A stretch of DNA of 42,070 bases from a virus. Taxonomy: Duplodnaviria; Caudoviricetes. The DNA lies in IMG/VR virus record IMGVR_UViG_3300037483_000641, positions 1-42,070 of that record. The stretch is one strand, 5' to 3'. Made by a program: the position numbers and the translations under genes. The notes beneath the pieces were generated by a model. The model was not told where the DNA came from. It ran no database searches and saw only the letters and a list, made by a program, of their open reading frames with translations. Of the stretch, positions 26,306 through 34,256 are shown one piece after another; the first letter of the stretch is position 1, and each line of letters begins with the position of its first letter.

Positions 26306-26863
26306 TCAGGATTTAGTACTTTGGCGCAGCTTAGCAGCTCTTCGCTTTGCTGTTTTGGAGTTAGGAAGAACGTTCTGCTGCTTACACCCTAGAGATTCTC
26401 CAAGAGTGTGAAGCTTTCCTGTCTTAGGCCAACGCGAGTAAATTATTCGCTGGAGTGCAAATTTGTCATAGTATTCTTGAGCGCTGATCATGTAGATCTT
26501 TCTTGCATAATTTTCTGGCCCAACATTGTATGACTTGATAGCAGCTTCTTTCGAGTGAAAGCGGTTGTAGTACGTTCGTAGCAGCTTTATTCCAGCCGTG
26601 ATGTTTTCTTTTGGGTCCATGGGACCGTTTTGTACTTGCATCAAGCCGTTAGAGTGTTCTCTCTCGTTGATATTGACAGCTTTGGGATTAAAAGAAGACT
26701 CGATACGAATGATCGAGAGGACATCAGCTTCGGTTGGAAAGTCAGAGCGAGCTAACTGCTTGACTAATTTAGCTATCTGTTGGGGAGGTTTTACTTCGCC
26801 ACAGGCGAATGATGGAGCAGAAAAGCAGAGGGTGAGTAGGATGAGTAGACACTTTCGCTTCAT
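26306..26863 (-). CDS. SLT-domain lytic transglycosylase with signal peptide
   Basis: IESSFNPKAV, GLMQV, NI.AG..LL, SYNVG. Confidence 0.88.
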   Translation of the reverse strand: MKRKCLLILLTLCFSAPSFACGEVKPPQQIAKLVKQLARSDFPTEADVLSIIRIESSFNPKAVNINEREHSNGLMQVQNGPMDPKENITAGIKLLRTYYNRFHSKEAAIKSYNVGPENYARKIYMISAQEYYDKFALQRIIYSRWPKTGKLHTLGESLGCKQQNVLPNSKTAKRRAAKLRQSTKS

Positions 26864-27014
26864 TGTCGGAATTCCTCGTCGTTTGCGGCAGTAGGAACCG
26901 ATTGTAATGGTGGACCCATTACCGGTAACACTCCCGCGAAGTTGTAGATGGGAGGTCTCAATCCCATCCAGATGTGGACTTCAAGACTAACTTGAGACGG
27001 TCTCTTTTGGTTTG
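26864..27014 (-). other. structured 150-nt intergenic leader (candidate cis-regulatory RNA)
   Basis: Stems TCAAG/CTTGA, GATGGGA/TCCCATC, ACCG-GTAATGG/CCATTAC-CGGT, GCGG/CCGC. Confidence 0.4.
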
Positions 27015-27218
27015 TCACTTAAGTTTCTCGATTCTTTGTCTAACTTGCTCAGGTGTCACTTCCAGGTTACAAACGATGATGCTTCCGCGTCGTTTCAGAT
27101 GCTCGACCGTCATCTGTTCAACTAAGCAAGTCTTTCGTTGGGTTGACGGTCGACCGACAGTGGAAACACAAAGTCGCCCTCTGTCAAATCTCGCGATCGA
27201 GTTCCATGCCAGACTCAC
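27015..27218 (-). CDS. hypothetical protein
   Basis: GTGA-coupled ORF. Confidence 0.55.
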   Translation of the reverse strand: MSLAWNSIARFDRGRLCVSTVGRPSTQRKTCLVEQMTVEHLKRRGSIIVCNLEVTPEQVRQRIEKLK

Positions 27219-27469
27219 AGACCCAGTTCTTCCTTGAACTTGTTGATGATGACGTCGATCTCATCATACTTGAGATTCACGACGTCGTTATTGAGTCTCT
27301 TTGACATGGAACGAATCAGATCATTGCTGACGCTGGGAGCAATGAACTTACGCTGGATACGAAAGTGCTTCGTGGCAGCATTATCAAAGAAGACGTTGAG
27401 TTGAACCCCGTCAACGAAGATTCGGGTGGTGTTTGTATTTATGCCCGGCTTGAACTCAATCTTTCTCAT
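27215..27469 (-). CDS. hypothetical protein
   Basis: MRKIEFK start with AAGG RBS. Confidence 0.6.
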   Translation of the reverse strand: MRKIEFKPGINTNTTRIFVDGVQLNVFFDNAATKHFRIQRKFIAPSVSNDLIRSMSKRLNNDVVNLKYDEIDVIINKFKEELGL

Positions 27470-27824
27470 TTTGACCTTCTCTTGCGTATGACACAGTAAC
27501 CAAACTCTCACAAGTTGCTGTCACCCGAACCCCACGTTTACCACAACGTCGGTTTTTACTGTGACCGATCATCTCAAGACAAACAGACACACTCATGACA
27601 TCCTTCACCGGCATGTCATCTATCCGTCTACACAGATCACTCATGCGATCGAAATCACGCTGAGTAGTATTGAGTTGATTGCTGCACCCTACTAGGGTCA
27701 ACAAAAACATCAGTGGCAGAATTTTCATCATCGACTCGAAGAAGTCTGCATTGTATGTCTCCTTGTGCCACGCGCGACCGATAGGAGTATCAACTCGCGG
27801 AATCCAATTTCCTTGAATGTGCAT
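27456..27824 (-). CDS. hypothetical protein with internal lipoprotein-like signal
   Basis: AGGAG RBS before MHIQ; internal MKILPLMFLLTLVGC. Confidence 0.5.
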   Translation of the reverse strand: MHIQGNWIPRVDTPIGRAWHKETYNADFFESMMKILPLMFLLTLVGCSNQLNTTQRDFDRMSDLCRRIDDMPVKDVMSVSVCLEMIGHSKNRRCGKRGVRVTATCESLVTVSYAREGQNEKD

Positions 27825-27841
27825 CTTTGCTCCTAGTCTAG

Positions 27842-28060
27842 CTAGATGGTAAATGTGATCGAGAAGGGTGCAGAAATTACCCAAAGATACCAAAGGTACC
27901 CTACAAACACGACGAACGCCAGGGTTAAAAGCTTCTTTGGTAGATAGTTGGGGACACCACCGATGTTGTACTCACCCAAGTTGTTGAGCATCATGAGGAA
28001 TGCACACATTGAAACCGATCCCATGAGCATCGCGCAGAACAACCAACCAAGAATTGCCAT
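27842..28060 (-). CDS. two-TM membrane protein
   Basis: AGGAG RBS, hydrophobic. Confidence 0.7.
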   Translation of the reverse strand: MAILGWLFCAMLMGSVSMCAFLMMLNNLGEYNIGGVPNYLPKKLLTLAFVVFVGYLWYLWVISAPFSITFTI

Positions 28061-28069
28061 GTTGTCTCC

Positions 28070-28234
28070 TTACAACTGAGTGATCAGATTCATCGGACCG
28101 AGCAGCATGTAAGCAGACCACAGTGCACCGATCGTAAACGCCATCTTCAGACAAACATTCAACCAGAAGTCTTTTCTCCAGGTGAATGCCAAAAACATGA
28201 AGAGGAGGCCTGACAGCAGAATGTACAGAGACAT
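28070..28234 (-). CDS. small two-TM membrane protein (54 aa, not in ORF track)
   Basis: MSLYILLSGLLFMFLAFTWRK...; AAGGA RBS. Confidence 0.65.
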   Translation of the reverse strand: MSLYILLSGLLFMFLAFTWRKDFWLNVCLKMAFTIGALWSAYMLLGPMNLITQL

Positions 28235-28246
28235 GTGATTCCTTTC

Positions 28247-28564
28247 TTAGTCGTTGAACAGAGTGATGACGTGATCTTTCAGAACCGGACACTTTCGAAC
28301 CGTTGTATCTGTCGGGAACAGCTTCCACCAGACGATGTCTCCGTCAGCGTCACGTTTTGTTTCGCCTTCTGCAAGATACCACAATGCGGTATGTGAAGTA
28401 CGATCCGAGACGATGATGAAACCGGAGTCGCATGCATCGGTATAGATTTGACCGAATGGAGCTTTGCCCAGGTCACTGATGTCAGCTACGAACTCTTTAG
28501 CTCTCTTGCTGTAGTGGAACTTGTCAGAGAGGTGGCGGGGTACGTTAAGATTTTCGTTCAGCAT
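28247..28564 (-). CDS. hypothetical early protein
   Basis: GGAGG RBS after the promoter at 28592-28620. Confidence 0.75.
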   Translation of the reverse strand: MLNENLNVPRHLSDKFHYSKRAKEFVADISDLGKAPFGQIYTDACDSGFIIVSDRTSHTALWYLAEGETKRDADGDIVWWKLFPTDTTVRKCPVLKDHVITLFND

Positions 28565-28591
28565 ACGATACCTCCAAGATTTGATGGAGTA

Positions 28592-28620
28592 ATTATATCA
28601 TGTGTTGCACAAAAGTAAAC
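28592..28620 (-). promoter_or_regulatory. early promoter GTTTAC-N17-TATAAT
   Basis: Exact motif. Confidence 0.85.
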
Positions 28621-28626
28621 ACTTAT

Positions 28627-29916
28627 TTAGAGTACAATGTCACTGATCGGGTACTTTCTTGACTCGCTCGAGATGTAGCGTTCGGTTGCACCTGGAGTGA
28701 GCAACCAGATCCACTTCGTGGGGGCTTTCGGTTTGACTTCATTGCCGTCGCCGTCGGTGATGACGACCACACAGTCAGGGTAGCGTCCGATCTCATTCTC
28801 AAGATCCAAACATTCTCTCTCGATTATGTCAAATGAAGTACCGCCGCCAACCATAGGCCGATCACCCCACTTTACACGCCTCACCTTGGTATCAAAGACA
28901 TACATGACCAAGTCAAAGAACTGTTTCTCTTCTTCGAAGGCTTTTACTACTTTTGTGAAGAACGGTAAGTGCTCGATGCATGATCCAGAAACGTCCATGA
29001 AGACGGCTGTCAAGAGACGATCTTTCTTCGGTCGTCCTATGGACTTCTTACCAGGAAGAGCAATGTCACGCCGCATGAGAACTTCATTGAAGCGACGATC
29101 GTCATGAGTAAATGTCTCGACATCGGTATCTACTTCTTTCAGTGCCGTTTTCTTTAGCTTCCGGATAAACTTTGTGAAGTTTAACTTCTGCTTCTGTACT
29201 TTCTTCTCGATGAGCTGTTCAAGGATCCTTGTCATGGCTCCTCGGCCAGTACAAGCTTCAGGAAGACTCTTGAGTATTTCTTCAATCTCACCAACTGACA
29301 GCTCTTCAGCCAGAGTCTGAGCGACGTTCTGCTTTGATTGCTTCTCTCCGGGGTCTCCATCAGATCCAACCGATGGATCGCTGTGTTCATCAAGAGTAGA
29401 TGGTCCGCCTTGACCAGGACCGTCTCCAGATGGTGGTGGGGGATTCTTGATCAGCTCTTTCAGGTAGTAGATGAACGTCTCATTCTTCTTGATGATCAAC
29501 GGATCTTTGAAGCAGGTATCGATCCAGCAGTACTTCTGCCAATCACGAATGTCATTACGGTTGAATCCGAAGAGGTAGACGATCATCTCGTTGATCGTGA
29601 TATCTTGAGCCTTGTTAACGAGATCAGGCGTTGCACCCGGAACCGACATCCCGTTTCGGATGCCGTGGTTTAGAATGACGTGTAAGCACTCGTGACAGAT
29701 CACAAAGAGCCGTTCGCGAAGTGTTAGTTCCAGCCAGAACTTTGCTCCAAGAGTAAGTTCTGGTTTTCCTTGCTTCGGAAAGGACACACAAGCAGTGGGA
29801 ACGTCATCATCAAAGCAAATATCAGACATTTCGACGAACGAGTAAAATACTTTATGGTAGTCTTCAATAGAAGATATGATTTCTAAATATTGATCTTCAG
29901 GAATTGGTTTACGCAT
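28627..29916 (-). CDS. vWA-domain protein with N-terminal HExxH metallopeptidase-like domain (DUF2201-like)
   Basis: HECLH, N.AQD..IN, Gly/Pro linker, MIDAS DVSGS, GGGT.F, ITDG. Confidence 0.88.
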   Translation of the reverse strand: MRKPIPEDQYLEIISSIEDYHKVFYSFVEMSDICFDDDVPTACVSFPKQGKPELTLGAKFWLELTLRERLFVICHECLHVILNHGIRNGMSVPGATPDLVNKAQDITINEMIVYLFGFNRNDIRDWQKYCWIDTCFKDPLIIKKNETFIYYLKELIKNPPPPSGDGPGQGGPSTLDEHSDPSVGSDGDPGEKQSKQNVAQTLAEELSVGEIEEILKSLPEACTGRGAMTRILEQLIEKKVQKQKLNFTKFIRKLKKTALKEVDTDVETFTHDDRRFNEVLMRRDIALPGKKSIGRPKKDRLLTAVFMDVSGSCIEHLPFFTKVVKAFEEEKQFFDLVMYVFDTKVRRVKWGDRPMVGGGTSFDIIERECLDLENEIGRYPDCVVVITDGDGNEVKPKAPTKWIWLLTPGATERYISSESRKYPISDIVL

Positions 29917-29973
29917 TCTATATCTTTTTAGAGGTAGCAATAAATAGTATCACAAATTGTAACGAAAGTAAAC

Positions 29974-30690
29974 ATGAATATTCAAACTTATCTGTACATC
30001 AAAAGACATTCTATCACTGGCAAATTATACTTTGGCAAAACAACACGAAAGGATCCAGTAAAGTATAATGGATCTGGTGTTCATTGGAGCAACCACATTA
30101 ATAAGCATGGGAAAGAACATGTAGAAACAATCTGGTATTGTCTCTTTGTTGATCAAGAAGAGTGTACTAAATTTGCTTTAATGTGTTCAGAGCAATGGGA
30201 CATTGTAAATTCTGAAGATTGGTTGAATCAAGTTCCAGAATGTGGTATTGGTGGAGCTGCTATAGGACATGTAGTATCTCAAAAGTCTATCGAAAAATTA
30301 ATCGAGAGAAATAAAACACGAGTTCATTCCGAAGAAACTAGACAAAAACTGTCTCTTGCTTGTAAAGGTAAACCAAAATCTGAAAAGATGAAGAAAAATT
30401 TATCTATTGCAAAACTTGGCACTAAAAGAAAACCATTTTCGATTGAATGGAAACAAAATATGTCTAATGCTTCGAAAGGTAAACCAAAATCTGCTGAAAC
30501 TCGTAAGAAAATGTCAGAAGCTAATCGAGATTACATTCACGGCGCAGAATGGAAAGAAAGTCACGCATCTGCAATGAAAGCTCGAATTGGCAAAGTTTTC
30601 ATCACAGACGGTGTACAAAATCGATTAGTTACTCTTGAAGAAGCAAATAACATTCAACTTCCATGGAAGCGAGGAATGACTAAGTCTTAG
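29974..30690 (+). CDS. GIY-YIG-like homing endonuclease with NUMOD3-type repeats
   Basis: YLYIK.H..TG.LYFGKT...Y.GSG; repeats HSEETRQKLS and KSAETRKKMS; AT-rich, opposite strand; ATAAATA box at 29940-29946. Confidence 0.88.
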   Translation: MNIQTYLYIKRHSITGKLYFGKTTRKDPVKYNGSGVHWSNHINKHGKEHVETIWYCLFVDQEECTKFALMCSEQWDIVNSEDWLNQVPECGIGGAAIGHVVSQKSIEKLIERNKTRVHSEETRQKLSLACKGKPKSEKMKKNLSIAKLGTKRKPFSIEWKQNMSNASKGKPKSAETRKKMSEANRDYIHGAEWKESHASAMKARIGKVFITDGVQNRLVTLEEANNIQLPWKRGMTKS

Positions 30691-30879
30691 TTATGCTTCC
30701 TCGAAGGTCTTCTTCACTGCTACAACTTCCTTGTACTCAACCAGCTTGTATGACAGGAACGGATGATGAGATTGGCGCATCAGCCAATTGTACATCTGAA
30801 GAGTGTTGTCAAAGTCCTTGTTGAAAGGTTTACCATCTTTGACTTCGGTGTTGTACAATTGCAGTGTAGCTACGATCAT
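30691..30879 (-). CDS. hypothetical protein
   Basis: AAGGA RBS before MIVATL. Confidence 0.6.
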   Translation of the reverse strand: MIVATLQLYNTEVKDGKPFNKDFDNTLQMYNWLMRQSHHPFLSYKLVEYKEVVAVKKTFEEA

Positions 30880-30895
30880 GGTGAGGTCCTTGTGG

Positions 30896-32191
30896 TTAGA
30901 GATAATTTTTGGTATCGACGATCTTGCGTTCAAAGAGCTTGTCATTCATCTTTTGTTTCTCGCTAGATGTGAACATACCACCTACCTTCGAGATCGCTAA
31001 GAGAATTTCGTGGAGGTTTGTTTTCTTTGCTCCGCTCTTGCCTTCTACTCCCCAGAGAGCCCTAACGAGAGTATCTCCCTGGATGTTGAAGATGATGTCA
31101 ACACAACGATTTGCCAACTTGGTGACAACGTTGGTCTTTGTGTTGAAGAGATCTCGAATGTCACTCTCGAAAGATCCACCCTTGCGATAGATTGACTTGA
31201 AGTCAACATGATTGATCATCACCGCGGTTCCTTGGTTACCCTTTTCATTCGGCAACCGATTGATCAGGTCTTCGAGAGATGTCACATTAAGAACACCTTG
31301 CTTGCGAGCAAAGAGATAGTCAGCGAAGGGTTGAGCGAGCTCTTTCGGGATACTTATCCCGTACTTCTTGAAAAAGTCAATCGCAACAACGTCATCGGTC
31401 TTGATCAAGTCAAGCAACCTCGTCGTGTTATTGATGTCTTTGATGAATGTCTCGGCTTCTTCAAGATTGCTAACTTCCTTGATCGCTTCATGGAAGGGAA
31501 CGCTACCTAGTGCTTTTCGCAAGATCTCAATTCCAGACTCAGTGGGGAGAAAATCAGCGAGACGACAACCGTTGGCATAAGCATTCGCCGCGTAATCAAG
31601 GCGACGAGGTGAAACTTTCTTCTGGATGTCGCCAGGTAGATTATGCCACCACTGGTGAAAGATGGGTCCGGTTGATGGATACTTCTTGAAGAAGTAATCA
31701 GTGTCAACTTTATAGGGGACATCGAGGTGAACTTGGAAACGGTCCATCTGAGCTGGATCAAGATGGTTTACCGAGTAGGTATCATCATCGTCCTCGGGGT
31801 TGATGGCAGCCCAGATGACCTTCAGACTGTTCATTTTGTGTCCGTTGATCGACTTGAATTGGATGAGCTCCATGACGGCGTTGATCACCTTGTCAGGCGC
31901 CCGGTTGAACTCGTCAAGGAAAATAAATTCTACTTCGTCATTTTCAATAAATAAAGGACGAATTAGTTTAAGATGTTCTACTCCGTTGTCTTCAGTGACA
32001 ACTTTTGGAACGCCAACAAAATCTACCCAAGGGTCTAATGTTGATGCAGAGAAGTATTTCCATTTTAATCCAGCTTCTTCTACAACTTCTTTGACAATTG
32101 TCGTTTTACCTATTCCATGTAGGCCTATAAACAGTACATTGTACTCAAGCTTCAAATATTGTCTTAAGCGAGCCTTACTTATGATCCCCAT
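30896..32191 (-). CDS. MoxR-like AAA+ ATPase
   Basis: G.HGIGKT, DFVGVP, FLDEFNRA, AAINP, LDPAQMDRF, VSPRR. Confidence 0.88.
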   Translation of the reverse strand: MGIISKARLRQYLKLEYNVLFIGLHGIGKTTIVKEVVEEAGLKWKYFSASTLDPWVDFVGVPKVVTEDNGVEHLKLIRPLFIENDEVEFIFLDEFNRAPDKVINAVMELIQFKSINGHKMNSLKVIWAAINPEDDDDTYSVNHLDPAQMDRFQVHLDVPYKVDTDYFFKKYPSTGPIFHQWWHNLPGDIQKKVSPRRLDYAANAYANGCRLADFLPTESGIEILRKALGSVPFHEAIKEVSNLEEAETFIKDINNTTRLLDLIKTDDVVAIDFFKKYGISIPKELAQPFADYLFARKQGVLNVTSLEDLINRLPNEKGNQGTAVMINHVDFKSIYRKGGSFESDIRDLFNTKTNVVTKLANRCVDIIFNIQGDTLVRALWGVEGKSGAKKTNLHEILLAISKVGGMFTSSEKQKMNDKLFERKIVDTKNYL

Positions 32192-32927
32192 GTTTCTTTC
32201 CAATAAGTACACAAAATGGTATATGAACATTATATCACAAGCAAAATCTCGTGTAAACAACATTGGATATTTTGAGAATCATCATATTATACCAGAATCA
32301 ATGGGTGGTTCAAATGAAGCTTTTAATAGGGTTAAATTGACCGCTCGTGAACATTTCATCTGCCATCGACTTCTTACTAAAATGACCACAGGGAAAGATC
32401 TATGTAAAATGTGGTGTGCAGTTCATCGTACCATACATCGGAGTAAAAATCATCTTGAATCTGTAAAGATTACTAGTAAAGTTTATGCAACTATCAAAGA
32501 GAACTTTAGTAGATCTATGTCTTTACTTTTAACAGGCAAACGTCCTTATGAAATGACCGATGCAATTAGACTCAAATTATCCATTGCAGCAAAGAATAGA
32601 CCTCCTAGAAAGCAAAGTAAGGAAGAACGTAAAATGCGTTCTATTAACCAAGTAGGTCGGAAGTTTTCAGAAGAATCTAAACAAAAGATGACTAATAGTG
32701 CATTGAATCGCCCACCTTGTGGGTGGATAACTCTCAATGGAATCATCAAAAGAGTTCCTCTTACTGAACGTGATGAATGGATTCTGAAGGGATGGAAGAT
32801 TGGTAAAGTAGAAACAATATCAGTGAGACAATTAGTAGAACCTAGAACTTGCCCATATTGCGGTTTATCTGGGAAGGGAACAAATATGTCTAGATGGCAC
32901 TTTGATAACTGTAAGAAAAGAAAATGA
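32190..32927 (+). CDS. HNH homing endonuclease (NUMOD-type C-terminus)
   Basis: ENHHIIPESMGGSN...LTAREHFICH.LL; C-terminal CPYC...RWHFDNCK; AT-rich. Confidence 0.88.
   Translation: MFLSNKYTKWYMNIISQAKSRVNNIGYFENHHIIPESMGGSNEAFNRVKLTAREHFICHRLLTKMTTGKDLCKMWCAVHRTIHRSKNHLESVKITSKVYATIKENFSRSMSLLLTGKRPYEMTDAIRLKLSIAAKNRPPRKQSKEERKMRSINQVGRKFSEESKQKMTNSALNRPPCGWITLNGIIKRVPLTERDEWILKGWKIGKVETISVRQLVEPRTCPYCGLSGKGTNMSRWHFDNCKKRK
32229..32258 (-). promoter_or_regulatory. early-type promoter GTTTAC-N18-TATAAT inside the HNH coding sequence, facing moxR
   Basis: GTTTACacgagattttgcttgtgaTATAAT. Confidence 0.65.
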
Positions 32928-32928
32928 A

Positions 32929-32955
32929 AGAGGCAGCCGAAGCTGCCTCTCTTTT
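32929..32955. terminator. bidirectional terminator
   Basis: AGAGGCAGC-cgaa-GCTGCCTCT between convergent genes. Confidence 0.85.
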
Positions 32956-32968
32956 ACGCTACGCTAGA

Positions 32969-33598
32969 TTAAGCGTAAGTAGTGTTGGTCAACGGACTAG
33001 CAACAGACGCGACGGTAACGCTGAAACCGGAACCGTGAGCTGTGGGATAGACATTACCGATACCGTCACCAAGGTTTGCACTCAGGACGTCACCAACGAC
33101 GTAGTTTTCACCTTTGTTTGCGAGAGTAACTGTAGTCACTGCACCACCAGCAACAACCAAGGTAGCAGTAGCTCCATAACCAGAACCACCGGTCAACTTA
33201 ACGTTGTTCCAAGTTCCGTTTGGATAGTTCGTACCACCAACGAGAGTATTGACAGTAGCGAGAACCGGGGCTGGACCGCCACCTGCAAATCCCACGTAAG
33301 GAGTCGCTGTAACTACTGCCTGAATTGCGTTGTAAGCTGCAATGATGTGGTCGTTAACACGAAGAGTGTTAGGATCCGTTCCAGCATACAGTTTAGGATA
33401 TTGCGTTACGACGTTGAACACATCGTAACGCTTACCGGATTGTCCTGAGTCACCAACGCGGATGGTTGTAACGGCTGCAGTAGAAACGCCGAAAGATCCA
33501 TCATTAAACGGAGTAACGATGATGTCGTCAAACACGATGTTGCCAGTAGAATCGGCATGAATTTGTACTTGATATTGAACTGCTGCAGCGATAGCCAT
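32969..33598 (-). CDS. virion structural protein (Thr/Gly/Val-rich, beta)
   Basis: GGTNY.NG.W.NV.LTGGSG.GATA tail-type repeat; late box at 33652-33658. Confidence 0.7.
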   Translation of the reverse strand: MAIAAAVQYQVQIHADSTGNIVFDDIIVTPFNDGSFGVSTAAVTTIRVGDSGQSGKRYDVFNVVTQYPKLYAGTDPNTLRVNDHIIAAYNAIQAVVTATPYVGFAGGGPAPVLATVNTLVGGTNYPNGTWNNVKLTGGSGYGATATLVVAGGAVTTVTLANKGENYVVGDVLSANLGDGIGNVYPTAHGSGFSVTVASVASPLTNTTYA

Positions 33599-33668
33599 GT
33601 TTGGGCTCCTCTAGTAAATTCTGGGGTAGAACAAATAATTGTAAGCGATGATATTTATCGCAAAGGTG

Positions 33669-33695
33669 AAAAAGGACAGCAAAAGCCGTCCTTTT
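33669..33695 (-). terminator. intrinsic terminator
   Basis: GGACGGC-UUUU-GCUGUCC-UUUUU on the - strand. Confidence 0.8.
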
Positions 33696-33722
33696 CTTGT
33701 CCTACTTTCAACCACCAACCGA

Positions 33723-34178
33723 TTAGATTGGGGTAGAAGATAGCAACACGGTTGGGGAAACGGTTGGAGAACCACCACCGATTGCTGCAGCACCCTGAGG
33801 AGATGCAACGTATGCAGCGATGACAGTGCCAACTGCTTGTTCAGCCAGAGCAACGATCTGAATCAGCTGGGAAGCCATGTTCGGAGTCACTGTGGAAGTG
33901 TACAGCAGATCAACGATGTAAGCATCGGAGTGATCAGATGGGTAGTCATTGATCTCAACGTGGCAGACGATCGCGCCTTCACCGATAGTTGCGTTACCAG
34001 GTGGAGTCACGTTGACGAAGCCGGCGGAGTTAGAAGGGATTGCTGCTGGGTTATTGAAGTTGCCGCTAGCAGATGCGTCGTAAACGAAGGTAGATACGCT
34101 CAAACCGTCGAACACGAATCCACCAGGGTTAGAACCGTTGGTGTGCAGGTTGACGGTAACTTTGGTTCCTGTTGCCAT
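33723..34178 (-). CDS. probable virion structural protein
   Basis: Ser/Thr/Ala-rich; AGGAG RBS; late box at 34244-34250. Confidence 0.65.
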   Translation of the reverse strand: MATGTKVTVNLHTNGSNPGGFVFDGLSVSTFVYDASASGNFNNPAAIPSNSAGFVNVTPPGNATIGEGAIVCHVEINDYPSDHSDAYIVDLLYTSTVTPNMASQLIQIVALAEQAVGTVIAAYVASPQGAAAIGGGSPTVSPTVLLSSTPI

Positions 34179-34256
34179 TTTATTGCTCCTCTAGAGAGAT
34201 GTTAGATTATAGACGTTCCGGAACGTCTTTGTTATTACGATGATATTTATTGGTGA

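Noticed and set aside
540-28625. Recurring ~30-45-bp repeats as a CRISPR array or IS ends
   Set aside because: Dispersed kilobases apart, degenerate and always upstream of genes with -35/-10 geometry; no spacers or transposase.
31800-32189. 130-aa N-terminal extension of the HNH ORF
   Set aside because: Antisense to the MoxR ATPase core; HNH-like sequence begins at MFLSNKY (32190).
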